NCBI RefSeq assembly: GCF_028641065.1
Contig: NC_073407.1
Location: 186,001 to 250,000 of the forward strand
DNA from: Leucoraja erinacea
Taxonomy: Eukaryota
Reading direction: 5' to 3'
Length of the DNA stretch: 64,000 nt
The position numbers and the translations under genes are program-made. Position 1 is the first letter of the stretch, and the number at the start of each line of letters is the position of its first letter. This document shows, in pieces, positions 1 to 10,895 of the stretch. The notes beneath the pieces are model-generated. The model was not told the origin of the DNA and did not search any database. It saw only the letters and a list, made by a program, of their open reading frames with translations.

Positions 1-1221
1 GTGGTTGCAAGGGAAAGTGCCCGGGGAGGGGGTGGTACGAGAGGGAAGGGAAGAATTGATGAGGGAGTTATGGAGGGAGCGGTCTTTGCGGAAGGCAGAT
101 ATGGAGGGAGATGGGAAGATGTGGCAAGTGGTGGGGTCATGTTGGAGGTGACGAAACTGACGGAGGAATACTTTTTGTATGTGACGGCTGGTGGGGTGAA
201 AGGTGAGGACTAGGGGGACTCTGCCATTGTTGCGAGTGGGGGGATGGGGAGAGAGAGCAGTGTTGCGGGGTATGGAAGAGACCCTGGTGTGAGACTCATC
301 TATGGTGGAGGAGGGGAATCCACGTTCCCTGAATAATGAGGACATTTCAAATGTCCTGGTGTGGAACGCCTCATCCGTGGAACAGATGCGGCATAGACGG
401 AGGAATTGGGAGTAGGGGATGGAGTCCTTACAGGAAGCTGGGTGGGAAGAAGTGTAGTCCAGATAGCCATTGGAGTCAGTGGGTTTATAGTGGATGTCGG
501 TCAGAAGCCTATCACCTGCAATGGAGATAGTGAGGTCAAGGAATGGTAGGGAAGTGTCGGAAATGGTCCAGGTGTATATTTGAGTGCCGGATGGAAGTTA
601 GTGGTGAAGTGGATTAAGTCAGTCAGTTGTGTGCGGGTGCAGGAGGTGGCACCAAAGCAGTCATCGATGTAGCGGAGGTTGAGGTCGGGGATGGGGCCCT
701 GGTATGTATTGAACAAGGATTGCGTGGCGTAACCGACAAATAGGCAGGCATAGCTGGGGCCCATGCGCGTGCCCATAGCTACGCCTTGTATTTGGAGGAA
801 ATGGGAGGAGTCGAACATGAAGTTATTGAGGGTAAGGACCAGCTCCGCAATGCGGAGGAGAGTGTCAATGGCTGGGTATAGATTGCTTCTCTGGTCGAGG
901 AAGAACCGGAGGGCTATGAGACCATCGTGGTGGGGGATGGAGGTGTAGAGTGAGTCCTTGCTATCTCCTCCCCTTCCTCAGTCCCCCTGCTGTCTCCTCC
1001 TATCCCCCAGCCTTCGGGCTCCTCCTCCTTTTCCCTTTCTTGTCCCCACCCACCCCCGCCCCCCCCCCCCCCCCCCCCACCCCCGATCAGTCTGAAGAAG
1101 GGTTTCGGCCGGAAACGTTGCCTATTTCCTTCGCTCCATAGATGCTGCTGCACCCGTTGAGTTTCTCCAGCTTTTTTGTGTACCTTCGATTTTCCAGCAT
1201 CTGCAGTTCCTTCTTAAACAT
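1..1221 (-). mobile_element. Penelope-like element (PLE) fragment: RT on minus strand (1-950) joined to an oppositely oriented terminal-repeat segment (951-1221)
   Basis: ORF 501..818 reads FLQIQGVAMGTRMGPSYACLFVG...LRYIDD, a PLE-type RT. The terminal segment carries CTGAAGAAGGGTTTCGGCCGGAAACGTT (1092-1119), which recurs with PLE fragments elsewhere in the window. Confidence 0.8.
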
Positions 1222-2411
1222 TCAGAATATGGAGTTCAGTTCTGGGAAAGATATTGTCAATCTTGAAACGGTTTAGAATAGATTTATGAGGATGTTTCCA
1301 GGATTAGAGGGTATGAGCTATAGGGGGAGGGGGGGGGGGGATGGGTTGAGTAACATAGAAACATAGAAAATAGGTGCAGAGGGAAGCCATTCAGCCCTTC
1401 GAGCCAACACCGCCATTCGTGATCATGACTGATCATCCCCAATCAATAACCCGTGCCTGCCTTCTCCCCATATCCCTTGATTCCACTAGCCCCTAGAGCT
1501 CAAACTAACTCTCTCTTAAATCCACCCAGTGACTTGGCCTCTGTGGCAGGGAATTCCACAAATTCAAAACTCTCCGGGTGAAAAAGGTTGTTCTCACCTC
1601 AATTCACAGCTCTCTGGGAGAAAACGTGTTTTCTCACCTCAGTAGGCTGGGTCTCTATTCCATGGAGCATAGGAGAATGAGTGGAAATGTTATAGAGTTA
1701 TACAAAATCATGAGAGGAATAGATCGGGTAGATGCACAGTCTTTACCCAGAGTAGGGGAATCGAGGAGCACAGGACATAGGTTCAAGAGGAAATATTTAA
1801 ATGGAATCCGAGAGGTAACTCGCTGCCAGAGGAGGTAGATGAGACCAGGACTATCCCATCGTTTAGGAAACGGTTGGACAGGTACATGGATAGGACGGGT
1901 TTGGAGGATTATGGAACAAGCGCAGGCAAGTGTGACTGATGTAGCTACATTATTGGCCAGTGTGGGCGAGATGTGCCGAAGGGCCTGTTTCCCCACTGTA
2001 TTAATCTATGACCCCATGACTAATATATGCAACGTGTACAGCAATGCACTTTGGCAGATGGAATGAAGGGTAGATTATTTTCGAAATGTTGAGACATTTT
2101 GAGAAATCGGAGGTGCAAAGAGACTTGGGAGCACGTGCAGGATCCCAAGAGGTTACTTAGAAGGGAGAGTAAGGAAGGCAAAGGCGATGTTAGTATTCAT
2201 TTCGTGCGATTAACATATATATTTTTTAAAAAGTACTATACTATATGAGCCGCTGGTCTGAAAAAAAAAATTGAATTTTCGAAGCAGCTTTGAAGATATC
2301 TGAAGGGGGTCCCAGCGTTGGAAAGGATCCATATGAACTTTACGAGAATGATCCCGGGGTTGATTGGGTTAACCTATAAGGAGCGCTTGATAGTTCTGGG
2401 CTTGTCTGGGC

Positions 2412-2450
<39 letters not shown>

Positions 2451-3110
2451 GACGACGACGACGACGACATTCATACCTATCGAATAACGAAATGTCTAGA
2501 GAGAGTGGGTGGACAGGATGTTTCCAGGAGTAGGAGAGTCTAGGCTCAGAGGACAAATTCTCTGCCTCCGGAGACAGTGGAGGTCAATTCATAGAAACAC
2601 GGAAACATAGAAAATAGGTGCAGGAGTAAGCCATTCGGCCATTCGAGCCTGCAACGCCATTCAATATGATCATGGCTGATCACCGAATTCACCGGATGTA
2701 TTCAAGAGTTTGATATAGCTCTTAGGGCTAACGGAATCAATTGATATTGGGAGAAAACAGGTAAGAGGTAGTGCTTCTGGATGATCAGCCATGATCATAT
2801 TGAATGGCGGAGCAGACTCCAAGGGCCGAATGGCCTACTAATGCACATATTTTTTTAAATGTTTCTAAATGAGGAATTATTTCTTTAGCCACAAGGTGGT
2901 GAATCCATGTGATTCATTGCCATGGGCGGGGGTGGAGGCCAGGCCATTGGGTATTTTTAAAGCAGAGATTAATATGTTCCGTATTGGCAATGGTGTCAGA
3001 GGTTAGGGAGAAGGCAGGATAATTGATTTGAGAGGGAAAATAAATAGCCATGATCGATATTCGGAATAAATGTGATGGGCCGAATGCCCTAATTGTTCTC
3101 CTCTATGTAT
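1222..3110. mobile_element. Cluster of nested, truncated CR1 LINE 3' fragments in both orientations
   Basis: Translations such as LGLYSMEHRRMSGNVIELYKIMRG and FTRMIPGL; repeated CR1 3' tail (ACATAGAAACATAGAAAATAGGTGCAG). Confidence 0.8.
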
Positions 3111-4324
3111 TTAATTTGTAAAGTTAATCGCTGGCATCCAGAAGAATACATTTCGCCATTGTCTGCCGCTGCTCAATGAAAACAAAAATCTCAATTTGCA
3201 TAATATTAAAACTTGTAATCAACCCGCTCTAGTTCACAGAATGCAATACGATTCATTAAGAATCATAAGCGCCAACTATTAATAATTTTCCAGTGGTTTC
3301 AAAACAAACAAGTATTCAGGATGATGCACGTAATGTAATCCATTCTAAAATTATCACCGAATCTAACTACGCATATGGAATGCTAAGAAATTACCAAGCG
3401 GAATGTGATTTCCCGATTAAATTATCAACAAACGGCATGGCATAAATAACTGCTGTTACAGTAATATATTTTATTTAAATATTTTTTTGTATATATTACG
3501 TGTTTCTCCAGGGACAGATCCATTAATAATCTCGCAGCTTCTCGGTTGTAGACTGTTGCTATATGCACTTCCTTCTCTCACCAGGCAATCCCTCCTCACC
3601 TATCGCTCACTAAGTCTTGGCCCACTCTTCTGCCTATCTATTTATTGCGGCTACATCCTATCGATACTTTCAGGGTATGAAAGTGAGATGAATGATCTCG
3701 AGCCAAAGCGCCAACTGTCTATTTCCCTCCACATTTGCTCCCCCAGTCCGCTGGATTTTCCCCGCCGTTCTCCATTTTCGAATCCGAGTTAAATTTGTCA
3801 GGTCGAAGACCGGTCGATGACAAAGTTTCTTCAACCTAAAATATGAATGCTAAACCCTTGCAGCACATGCTCTCGCAAACGGTGAATGTTTGAAGCAATT
3901 ATGTTAATCGATAATCTTAGCATCTACAGTTATATATTTAAAACAATATATGCAATATATAGCTTTCTTTGTTACATACGTCGAATTGGCGGTTAGCAAA
4001 ACAGAAATAATTGCTGCAACTCTAAAAATATTCGGAAGTGTCACATGTCCCATATAGGAGTCACGAAATGACACCGCTATTGGGATGAATCTCATACATA
4101 ACTTTTGAAACCCACTTCAGCAGACTAAATTTGCAAAGAAAATCTCCAATGAGCCATCTTACCTTGGTCGCATTGAATAATTATTCTTTAAAATCTCTGC
4201 ACATACAACGACAAATGAATTTGTGTTCAATGGGTCGCATTGATTATCATTGTGACTTCGTAGCATTAGTGTGATACCAATTCAAGTTATCCCTTGAGAG
4301 TATATCCAGGTATATTGGTGCATT

Positions 4325-5830
4325 CGGACACAAAATGATGGGTAAACTCCGCGCGGGTCAGACAGCATCTCTGGAGAAAAAGAATAGCTGACGTTTCCGC
4401 TCGGAACACAACTTCAGGCTGAAAGTAGATTTGGGGCGAGATAAACAGGAGGCGAGAAAAAGTCACAATAACCAATGACCGCCGGCAATAGGTGACCCCA
4501 GGAAGGGTGGAGTCCATAATTGTCCATTGTTGGTTGGGCACGATGTGCTAACGAGGGGGATATAATGGTGTGAACAGCGGAACTAGTAGGTATGTTACAA
4601 AACCTACCTGAATCGCCATTGGGAATCTGCCCACAGCCAGGTCCGCGATTTTGGCGCTGTTTGGGGGGGGGGGGGCGGGTTTAAAACGCGATTTTTACTA
4701 GGCTGTACTAATCGCAGATGTTCAGCCTAGTAAATCATTAACGAAAAATCGCTGCAAGACCCGGTCGCAAAAGGTATTATTAGTTTTATAGGCCTCGATA
4801 ATATAGTTATAATAGTTTAAAATTACTCTCTGATTCCGCAACATTTCGCAGCCCCAGGGTTTTATAAAGCAAACAATTAAAGGTATGTACCTTATTTTTA
4901 CATTAAATGGGGCATATATATAAACCTATATATCAAGTTATCTATAGCGAGTAGTTCATTTTGGGCTTTTTATATCCCGCAGTATTTTTCTCGGCATTTG
5001 AGGGCACTAATCCAGCGCGCTGTCAACGTTCTAAACCAGCGCGTTCACAGAAACCCACTAGAAAGCCGATTTAAATGGGCATATATTTACAGCAATTGAA
5101 CACTAAATTCCTTCCATTTGGCCTATAAATTAATGTAAATTGGATATAAAAATCATGTTATATTGTGAATTATTTGTGAATAATCTTTGGACACAGGCTA
5201 TTTAAAAATGTTAATCTTTCCTTAAGAAATGAGCCTTTGATTATCCAAGATCACAGCTTTTTTGTAATGTCCATTGAAAATCAATAGGGAACAAGATGCT
5301 AATTTCCGAGTATGAAAATGGCCATAACCTTTTTAATACTTGAGATATGAAAGTGAATTTGGTGTCAAATTAAACTTATTGTTATGCTTTATCTGATGGG
5401 ATAAATTGCAGACTTGATTTTTTAAATCTCAACATTTTGTAACATTGCTAGAACTAGTAGGACGTAAAGGGTGGGGAGCGGGAGAGAGGGAAGGGGAGGG
5501 TTATGCAGGAGTTACTTCAAGTTAGAGAAATCTGCTGGGTTCATACTGCTGGGTTATTGCATTCAAAAGCGTAAATTGTATTCTGTTCCTCCAATTTGCT
5601 TCTGGCCTAACTCTGGCAGAATGGTCAGTATGGGAATGGGAAGGGGAGATAGAACGTTTGGCAACCGCGAGAACGCGAGGCCAAGGCGAACTGGGTGTAA
5701 ATATTCAGCTAAACAATTGCCAAGTCTACGCTTGGTCTCGCCGATAGATAGGAGCCACATCGGGAACGCTGGATGCAGTAGATGAGGAAGAGGTTCAAGT
5801 AAACCTTTCCCTCACAAGAAAGGAATGTTG
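4325..5830 (-). mobile_element. PLE 3' fragment (GIY-YIG end plus terminal repeat), interrupted by a TIR element
   Basis: Minus-strand ORFs give IYCIQRSRCG..Y.IGETKRRLG, a frameshifted GIY-YIG-type motif. The terminal segment is similar to the other PLE ends. Confidence 0.65.
4587..5450. mobile_element. Non-autonomous DNA transposon (864 bp) with 16-bp imperfect TIRs and a 7-bp TSD
   Basis: Left end TAGGTATGTTACAAAA versus reverse complement of right end TAGCAATGTTACAAAA (14/16). Flanked by GAACTAG at 4580-4586 and 5451-5457. No coding capacity. Confidence 0.8.
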
Positions 5831-6136
5831 GAGTCCCTGGATGGATTTGAGGGAGGAGGTATAAGACAATTCTCACAATCAATGAACCCCGAACCTTTGC
5901 ACACATCTTACTTTGCAAATAGACACCACATCACATGCAGCACAGAGTCAATGCATCAAAGTGTCTTAAATCATCGAAAAATAGCGTCATTCGCGAATTT
6001 AGCTGGAGAAGCATCACGTAACACTTCTAAAGCGATGAAGCTCCAGCGTTGCACGGGACGCAATATAACAAAAAAACACGAAAAATATTCGAAATATAGA
6101 GTAAAATCGCAACAGAAACAAGGGCAGATTTCTTAC

Positions 6137-6508
6137 CGTCAGTCACCGTCACCGTGGTTCCTACTCCCCAGTCTTGAAGGTAATAGTGTCCAGCAGGATT
6201 GTCGTATCTAGCACAGTAATAAACGGCGGAGTCTTCAGCGTTCAGATCTTTCATATCCATGACAAATACGCCGCTTGAAGTCTCTTTGGACGGTGTAAAC
6301 CTGTTCCGGATCCCTGGGGCTAAGGTTTTGCTCGATGAGTCTTTGTATTCAAGGAGCCACTCCAGATCCTGCCCGCGGACCTGACGGAGCCAGCTCATCC
6401 AGGTGTCTCCAAGATTGAACCCGCTGGTTTGACAGCTCAACTTGAGTGACCCGCCAGGTCGAACGGTTTCCACCGCCCGCTGATTCAGCACGATTTCGGA
6501 ATGCACAC
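6137..6508 (-). CDS. IGH: Immunoglobulin heavy chain germline-joined V-D-J exon (IgM-like VH), 372 bp, phase 1/phase 1
   Basis: Translation (S)VHS-EIVLNQRAVETVRPGGSLKLSCQTSGFNLGDTWMSWLRQVRGQDLEWLLEYKDSSSKTLAPGIRNRFTPSKETSSGVFVMDMKDLNAEDSAVYYCARYDNPAGHYYLQDWGVGTTVTVTD shows both V-set Cys, the FR2 Trp, the DxAxYYCAR motif and the J motif WGxGTTVTVT. Acceptor tttgcAG at 6510/6509; donor G|GTAAGA at 6137/6136. Confidence 0.93.
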
Positions 6509-6603
6509 CTGCAAACATAAAGATAAACAAGATGAGGATTAATCCCAGGACAATGATTCCTGGCACTGTAGCACCTGGGACACAATTTAACGAGGAACAA
6601 TAT

Positions 6604-6780
6604 GTGTTTAAGAAGGAACTGCAGATGCTGGAAAATCGAAGGTACACAAAAATGCTGCAGAAACTCAGCGGGTGTAGCATCACCTATGGAGCGAAGGAGA
6701 TAGGCAACGTTTCGGCCCGAAACGTTGCCTGTCTCCTTCGCTCCATAGATGTTGCTGCACCCGCTGAGTTTCTCCAGCAT
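6604..6780. mobile_element. Foldback (inverted pair) of PLE terminal repeat inside the Ig leader-V intron; right end runs into a gap
   Basis: Arms 6652-6715 and 6717-6780 are near reverse complements around axis 6716 (AGGCAACGTTTCGG-C-CCGAAACGTTGCCT). Confidence 0.85.
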
Positions 6781-6916
6781 NNNNNNNNNNNNNNNNNNNN
6801 NNNNNNNNNNNNNNNNNNNNNNNNNNNNNNNNNNNNNNNNNNNNNNNNNNNNNNNNNNNNNNNNNNNNNNNNNNNNNNNNNNNNNNNNNNNNNNNNNNNN
6901 NNNNNNNNNNNNNNNN
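6781..6916. other. Assembly gap (136 N)
   Basis: Run of N. Confidence 1.
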
Positions 6917-6971
6917 GTACGATGAAGGTCGCCACCACCGATGCAGTCCGCGATCGTGAGAAATTATTTAC

Positions 6972-7017
6972 TGGATAGGAAGGCCAGAAATACGCTTAGT
7001 ACAGTGGAAGACTTCAT
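6972..7017 (-). CDS. IGH: Ig heavy chain leader (signal peptide) exon
   Basis: ATG AAG TCT TCC ACT GTA CTA AGC GTA TTT CTG GCC TTC CTA TCC A|GTAAAT encodes MKSSTVLSVFLAFLS, 46 nt, phase 1. It splices in frame to GT-GTG-CAT-TCC at 6508, giving MKSSTVLSVFLAFLSSVHS|EIVL. Confidence 0.88.
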
Positions 7018-7104
7018 CCCACTGGGAATGTTAACGGAATTGTTTCTGCGTGGGTCCAGTCAGTAGCAGACCGTGTAAACAATTGATTGTGGAGCCCCTG
7101 GGAA

Positions 7105-7230
7105 GCATTTAAATATCCAACAGAGATGGGCGTGGTGGTTGTGGGTAGCGTGTGTTGATTCAGAAGGCTGGTCACCTGAACACAGTCACCCATCCACCAG
7201 CACTGGGGCAATTAACTCCTGATTGGGGAG
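7105..7230 (-). promoter_or_regulatory. Candidate VH promoter (TATA-like TATTTAAA, E-box CAGGTG, CCAAT)
   Basis: Minus strand: TATTTAAAT about 90-100 bp upstream of the ATG (7107-7115), CAGGTG at 7173-7178, CCAATC at 7221-7226. No octamer in the sequenced part. Confidence 0.5.
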
Positions 7231-7238
7231 GTGGAGGG

Positions 7239-7463
7239 NNNNNNNNNNNNNNNNNNNNNNNNNNNNNNNNNNNNNNNNNNNNNNNNNNNNNNNNNNNNNN
7301 NNNNNNNNNNNNNNNNNNNNNNNNNNNNNNNNNNNNNNNNNNNNNNNNNNNNNNNNNNNNNNNNNNNNNNNNNNNNNNNNNNNNNNNNNNNNNNNNNNNN
7401 NNNNNNNNNNNNNNNNNNNNNNNNNNNNNNNNNNNNNNNNNNNNNNNNNNNNNNNNNNNNNNN
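7239..7463. other. Assembly gap (225 N) embedded in a purine-rich GGA/GGGGA tract extending to ~7585
   Basis: Run of N flanked by GGAGG repeats. Confidence 0.95.
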
Positions 7464-7589
7464 GAGGAGGGGGAGGGGAGGGGCGGGAGGAGGAGGAGGA
7501 GGGGGGAGGGGGAGGGGGAGGGGGGGGGGGGAGGAGGACGAGGAGGGGGAGGAGGAGGAGGAGGTGGAGGAGGGAGGAGGAGGCTGGAA

Positions 7590-7842
7590 ATGATATCTAG
7601 GGTGGTTCTATCTGGTTTGCTTCCAGTGTCTCGTGCTAGTGAGGGCAGGAACAGAGAGATAGGGGATCTGAATGTGTGTCTGAGTAACTTGCGCAAAGGG
7701 GCAGGATTTAGATTTATAGACCATTGGGATCTCTTCTAGGGTAGACGTGACCTGTACAAAAGGAACGGCTGCATCATAACTGGAGGGGACCTACATTTTG
7801 TCGGGTTTGCTAGTACTACACGAGTGAGTTTAAACAAAATAG

Positions 7843-7885
<43 letters not shown>

Positions 7886-9540
7886 ATTGGAAGTATAAGA
7901 ATGGAGTTAAAGGGAAATAGAGTACAGAGAAAGTTAGGAATGACACCTGAATTAACGGGATGGGAAGTTCAAGAAGGGATAAGAGAGTAAGGTCAGGTGA
8001 AATAGGAACCGGTATGAGAGGAGAGATGAATGCTGAATTAAAAGAGCTATATATGAATGTGCGAAGTATACGAAATGAAGTGGATGAGTTGAATTTTGGA
8101 TCCATCTTCCCTAAGGAGGACACAAACAATCTCCCTGATGTACTAGTGGCCAGACGATCTGGGGTGACGGAGGAACTGAAGGAAATTCACATTAGTCAGG
8201 AAATGGTATTGGGTAGACTGATGGGACTGAAGGCTGATAAATCCCCAGGGCCTGATGGCCTGAATCCCAGGGTGCTCAAGAAAGTGGCTCTAGAAATCGT
8301 GGACGCATTGGTAATCATTTTCCAATGTTCGATAGATGCTGGATCATTTCCTCTGAAATGGAGGGTAGCTCATGTTATCCCACTTTTTACAAAAGGAGGG
8401 AGAGAGGATGCAGGTAATTATTGATTAGTTAGCCTGACATCGGTGTTGGGGAAGATGCTGCTGTCAATTATTAAAGATGGAATAGCGGAGCATTTGGATA
8501 GCAGTAACAGGATCGGTCTGAGTCAGCATGGGTTTACGAAGGGGAAATCTTGCTTGACTAATCTTCTGGATTTTTGGAGGATGTAACAAGTAACATGGAT
8601 AAGAGTGGATGTAGTGTATCTGGACTTTAGCAAATTTGCAGATGACACAAAGCTGTGTGGCAGTGTGAACCGTGAAGAAGATGTGAGGATGCAGGGTGAC
8701 TTGGATAGGCAGGGTGAGTGGACAGATGCATATCAGATGCAGTTGCTAAAGGTGAGGTTATCCACTTTGGTGGCAAGAACAAGAAGGCAGATTATTATGT
8801 GAATGTAGTCAGATTAGGAAAAGGGGAAGTACAACGGGATCTGGGTGTCCTTGTTCATCAGTCACTGAAAGTAAACATGCAGGTACAGCATATGGCATGG
8901 AGGCCTTCATAACGGGAAGATTCGAGTATAAGAGCAAAGAGGTCTTTCTGCAGTTGTGCAGGGCCCTGGTGAGACCACACATGGAGTAATGGGTGCAGTT
9001 TTAGTCTCGTAATTTGAGGAAGGATGTTCTTGCTATTGAGGGAGCGCGCCGTAGGTTCACGAGCTTAATTCCCGGGATGGCGGGACTGTCATATGGTGGA
9101 AGAATGGAACGACTGAACTTGTATTCACTGGAATTTAGCAGGACGAAAGGGAATCTTATAGAAAAATGTGCAATTAATATGGGATTGGTGCAGGAAATAT
9201 GTTCCAGATATTGGGGAGTCCAGAACCAGGGATCACAGTTTAAGAATAAGGGGTCGGCCATTTAGAAGTGAGATGAAGAAAACCTCTTTCACCCAGAGAG
9301 TTGTGAATCTGTGGAAATTTCTGCCTGTCTCTCTGTCTGAGAAGGCAGTAGAGGCCGACTCACTGGATGCATTCAAAAGAGAGTTACATAAAGTTCTTAG
9401 GGCTAGCTGAATCAAGGGATATGGGGAGAAGGCAGGAACGGGGTACTGATTGTGGATTATCAGCCATGGTCACATTGAATGGTGGTGGTGGCTTGATGGG
9501 ACGATGGCCTACTCCTGCACCTATATTCTGTGTATCCCTC
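7590..9540 (+). mobile_element. Internally deleted, degenerate CR1 LINE
   Basis: LYMNVRSIRN (EN start), KSPGPDG, YLDFSKFADDTKL (fused by deletion), FTQRVVNLW, CR1 3' tail. Confidence 0.88.
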
Positions 9541-10419
9541 ACGGATGAACTTCAGAGTGGCAATATATTTCTTACCCACCTTAGATGTAGATACCGCATT
9601 TACCACCTACACCACCACCATCACTATCGAAGACACGACTTTAAAATAAACCTTTACTTTTACTCACATATCACGCTTCTCCACAACACTCCCCAGTTCT
9701 CCAGCTTTCACTACCAAGGCCTACCCTGGTTGAACTCCCAAAATTCAACACCTCGCGCTTCTGTGAAGTAATCCAATTCATCGGCAGAACTTCCCATCTG
9801 GTTAAGATCCCGCTGTAATTCTGGATAACTACCTCCACTGTCATGATACTGGCTATTACAGTGTTGATGTCAATCTTACTAAACATTACTCATCCAAATG
9901 GTTGATCGGGGCAGCAAATGACCATCCGTTCAACACCGAGCCCCGAAGCACACCATTAGTATCAGGCCTCCAATCCCCAAATAAACCCGACAGCATCACC
10001 CTCTGTCTGAAGTCAAATCTGTATCCAATCAGCTAGCCCTCCCTGGAGCTCATGTGGTCTAACATTCCAGAGCAGCTTACCAAGGACAAACGTAACCAAA
10101 GGCCTTGTTCAAATGTACCGACCTGTCTATATCTACCTCTGTCTACTTCTAAAAACGCAGTTAAAGTCGTCTGACGATCTCCACGCACATAACCATACTA
10201 ATCGCCAATAATCAACCCTAGGCGATTGAAACCTGCCCCAGACAATAACAAGACTATGACAAGGAAAGTTACTTTTCGGCACTAATTTCGAAGACGGTAG
10301 AGCTGTATACGTTTAATCCTGACTTCGGGCGCTATCTATGTGGAGTTTGCACGTTCTCCCTGTGACATCATGTGTTCCACTCGGGTGCACAAGTTTCACC
10401 CCACTTTCCAAAGTTCTGA

Positions 10420-10843
10420 AAGCCTTGGATAAGGTGCCACACGTAAAGCTGCTAAGGAGGATGAAAGCCCATGGTATCAAATGGCAGATACTAGTATGGA
10501 AAGCAGGTTGGCTGGATGGAAGAAGGCAAAGAATGACTAGCAGAATAAAGGGGTTTTTTTGTGGTTACCTGACAGTGACTAGCAGAGTTCCGCGTGGGTC
10601 GGCGCTGGAGCTGCTACTCTTCACGTTGTATATTAATGATTTGAATGATGGGATTGAAGGTTTTGTGGCCATGTTTGCGGATGATACGATAGTAGGTAGA
10701 GGGGCAGGTAGAGTAGAGAAAGCAGGGACTCTGCAGAAGGAGTTGGACTGTTTGGGAGAGTGGGCAGAGAAGTGGCAGATAGAATATAGTGTAACAAAGT
10801 GTGGAGTCATTCCAGGTATTGGAGGGAAGGAGAGAGAGGGGGG

Positions 10844-10895
<52 letters not shown>

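Noticed and set aside
1-6136. Ig constant-region exons downstream of J
   Set aside because: No C1-set motif found in any listed frame; the region is repeats plus non-coding DNA.
6027-6683. 218-aa ORF as a single-exon Ig protein with a hydrophobic N-terminus and tail
   Set aside because: The flanking residues are translated intron. Canonical splice sites delimit 6137-6508, and a proper leader exon exists at 6972-7017.
7152-7739. Gly/Pro/Glu-rich ORFs
   Set aside because: Artefacts of N-gaps and G-rich low-complexity sequence; the same applies to poly-G ORFs at ~1060, 2420 and 7850.
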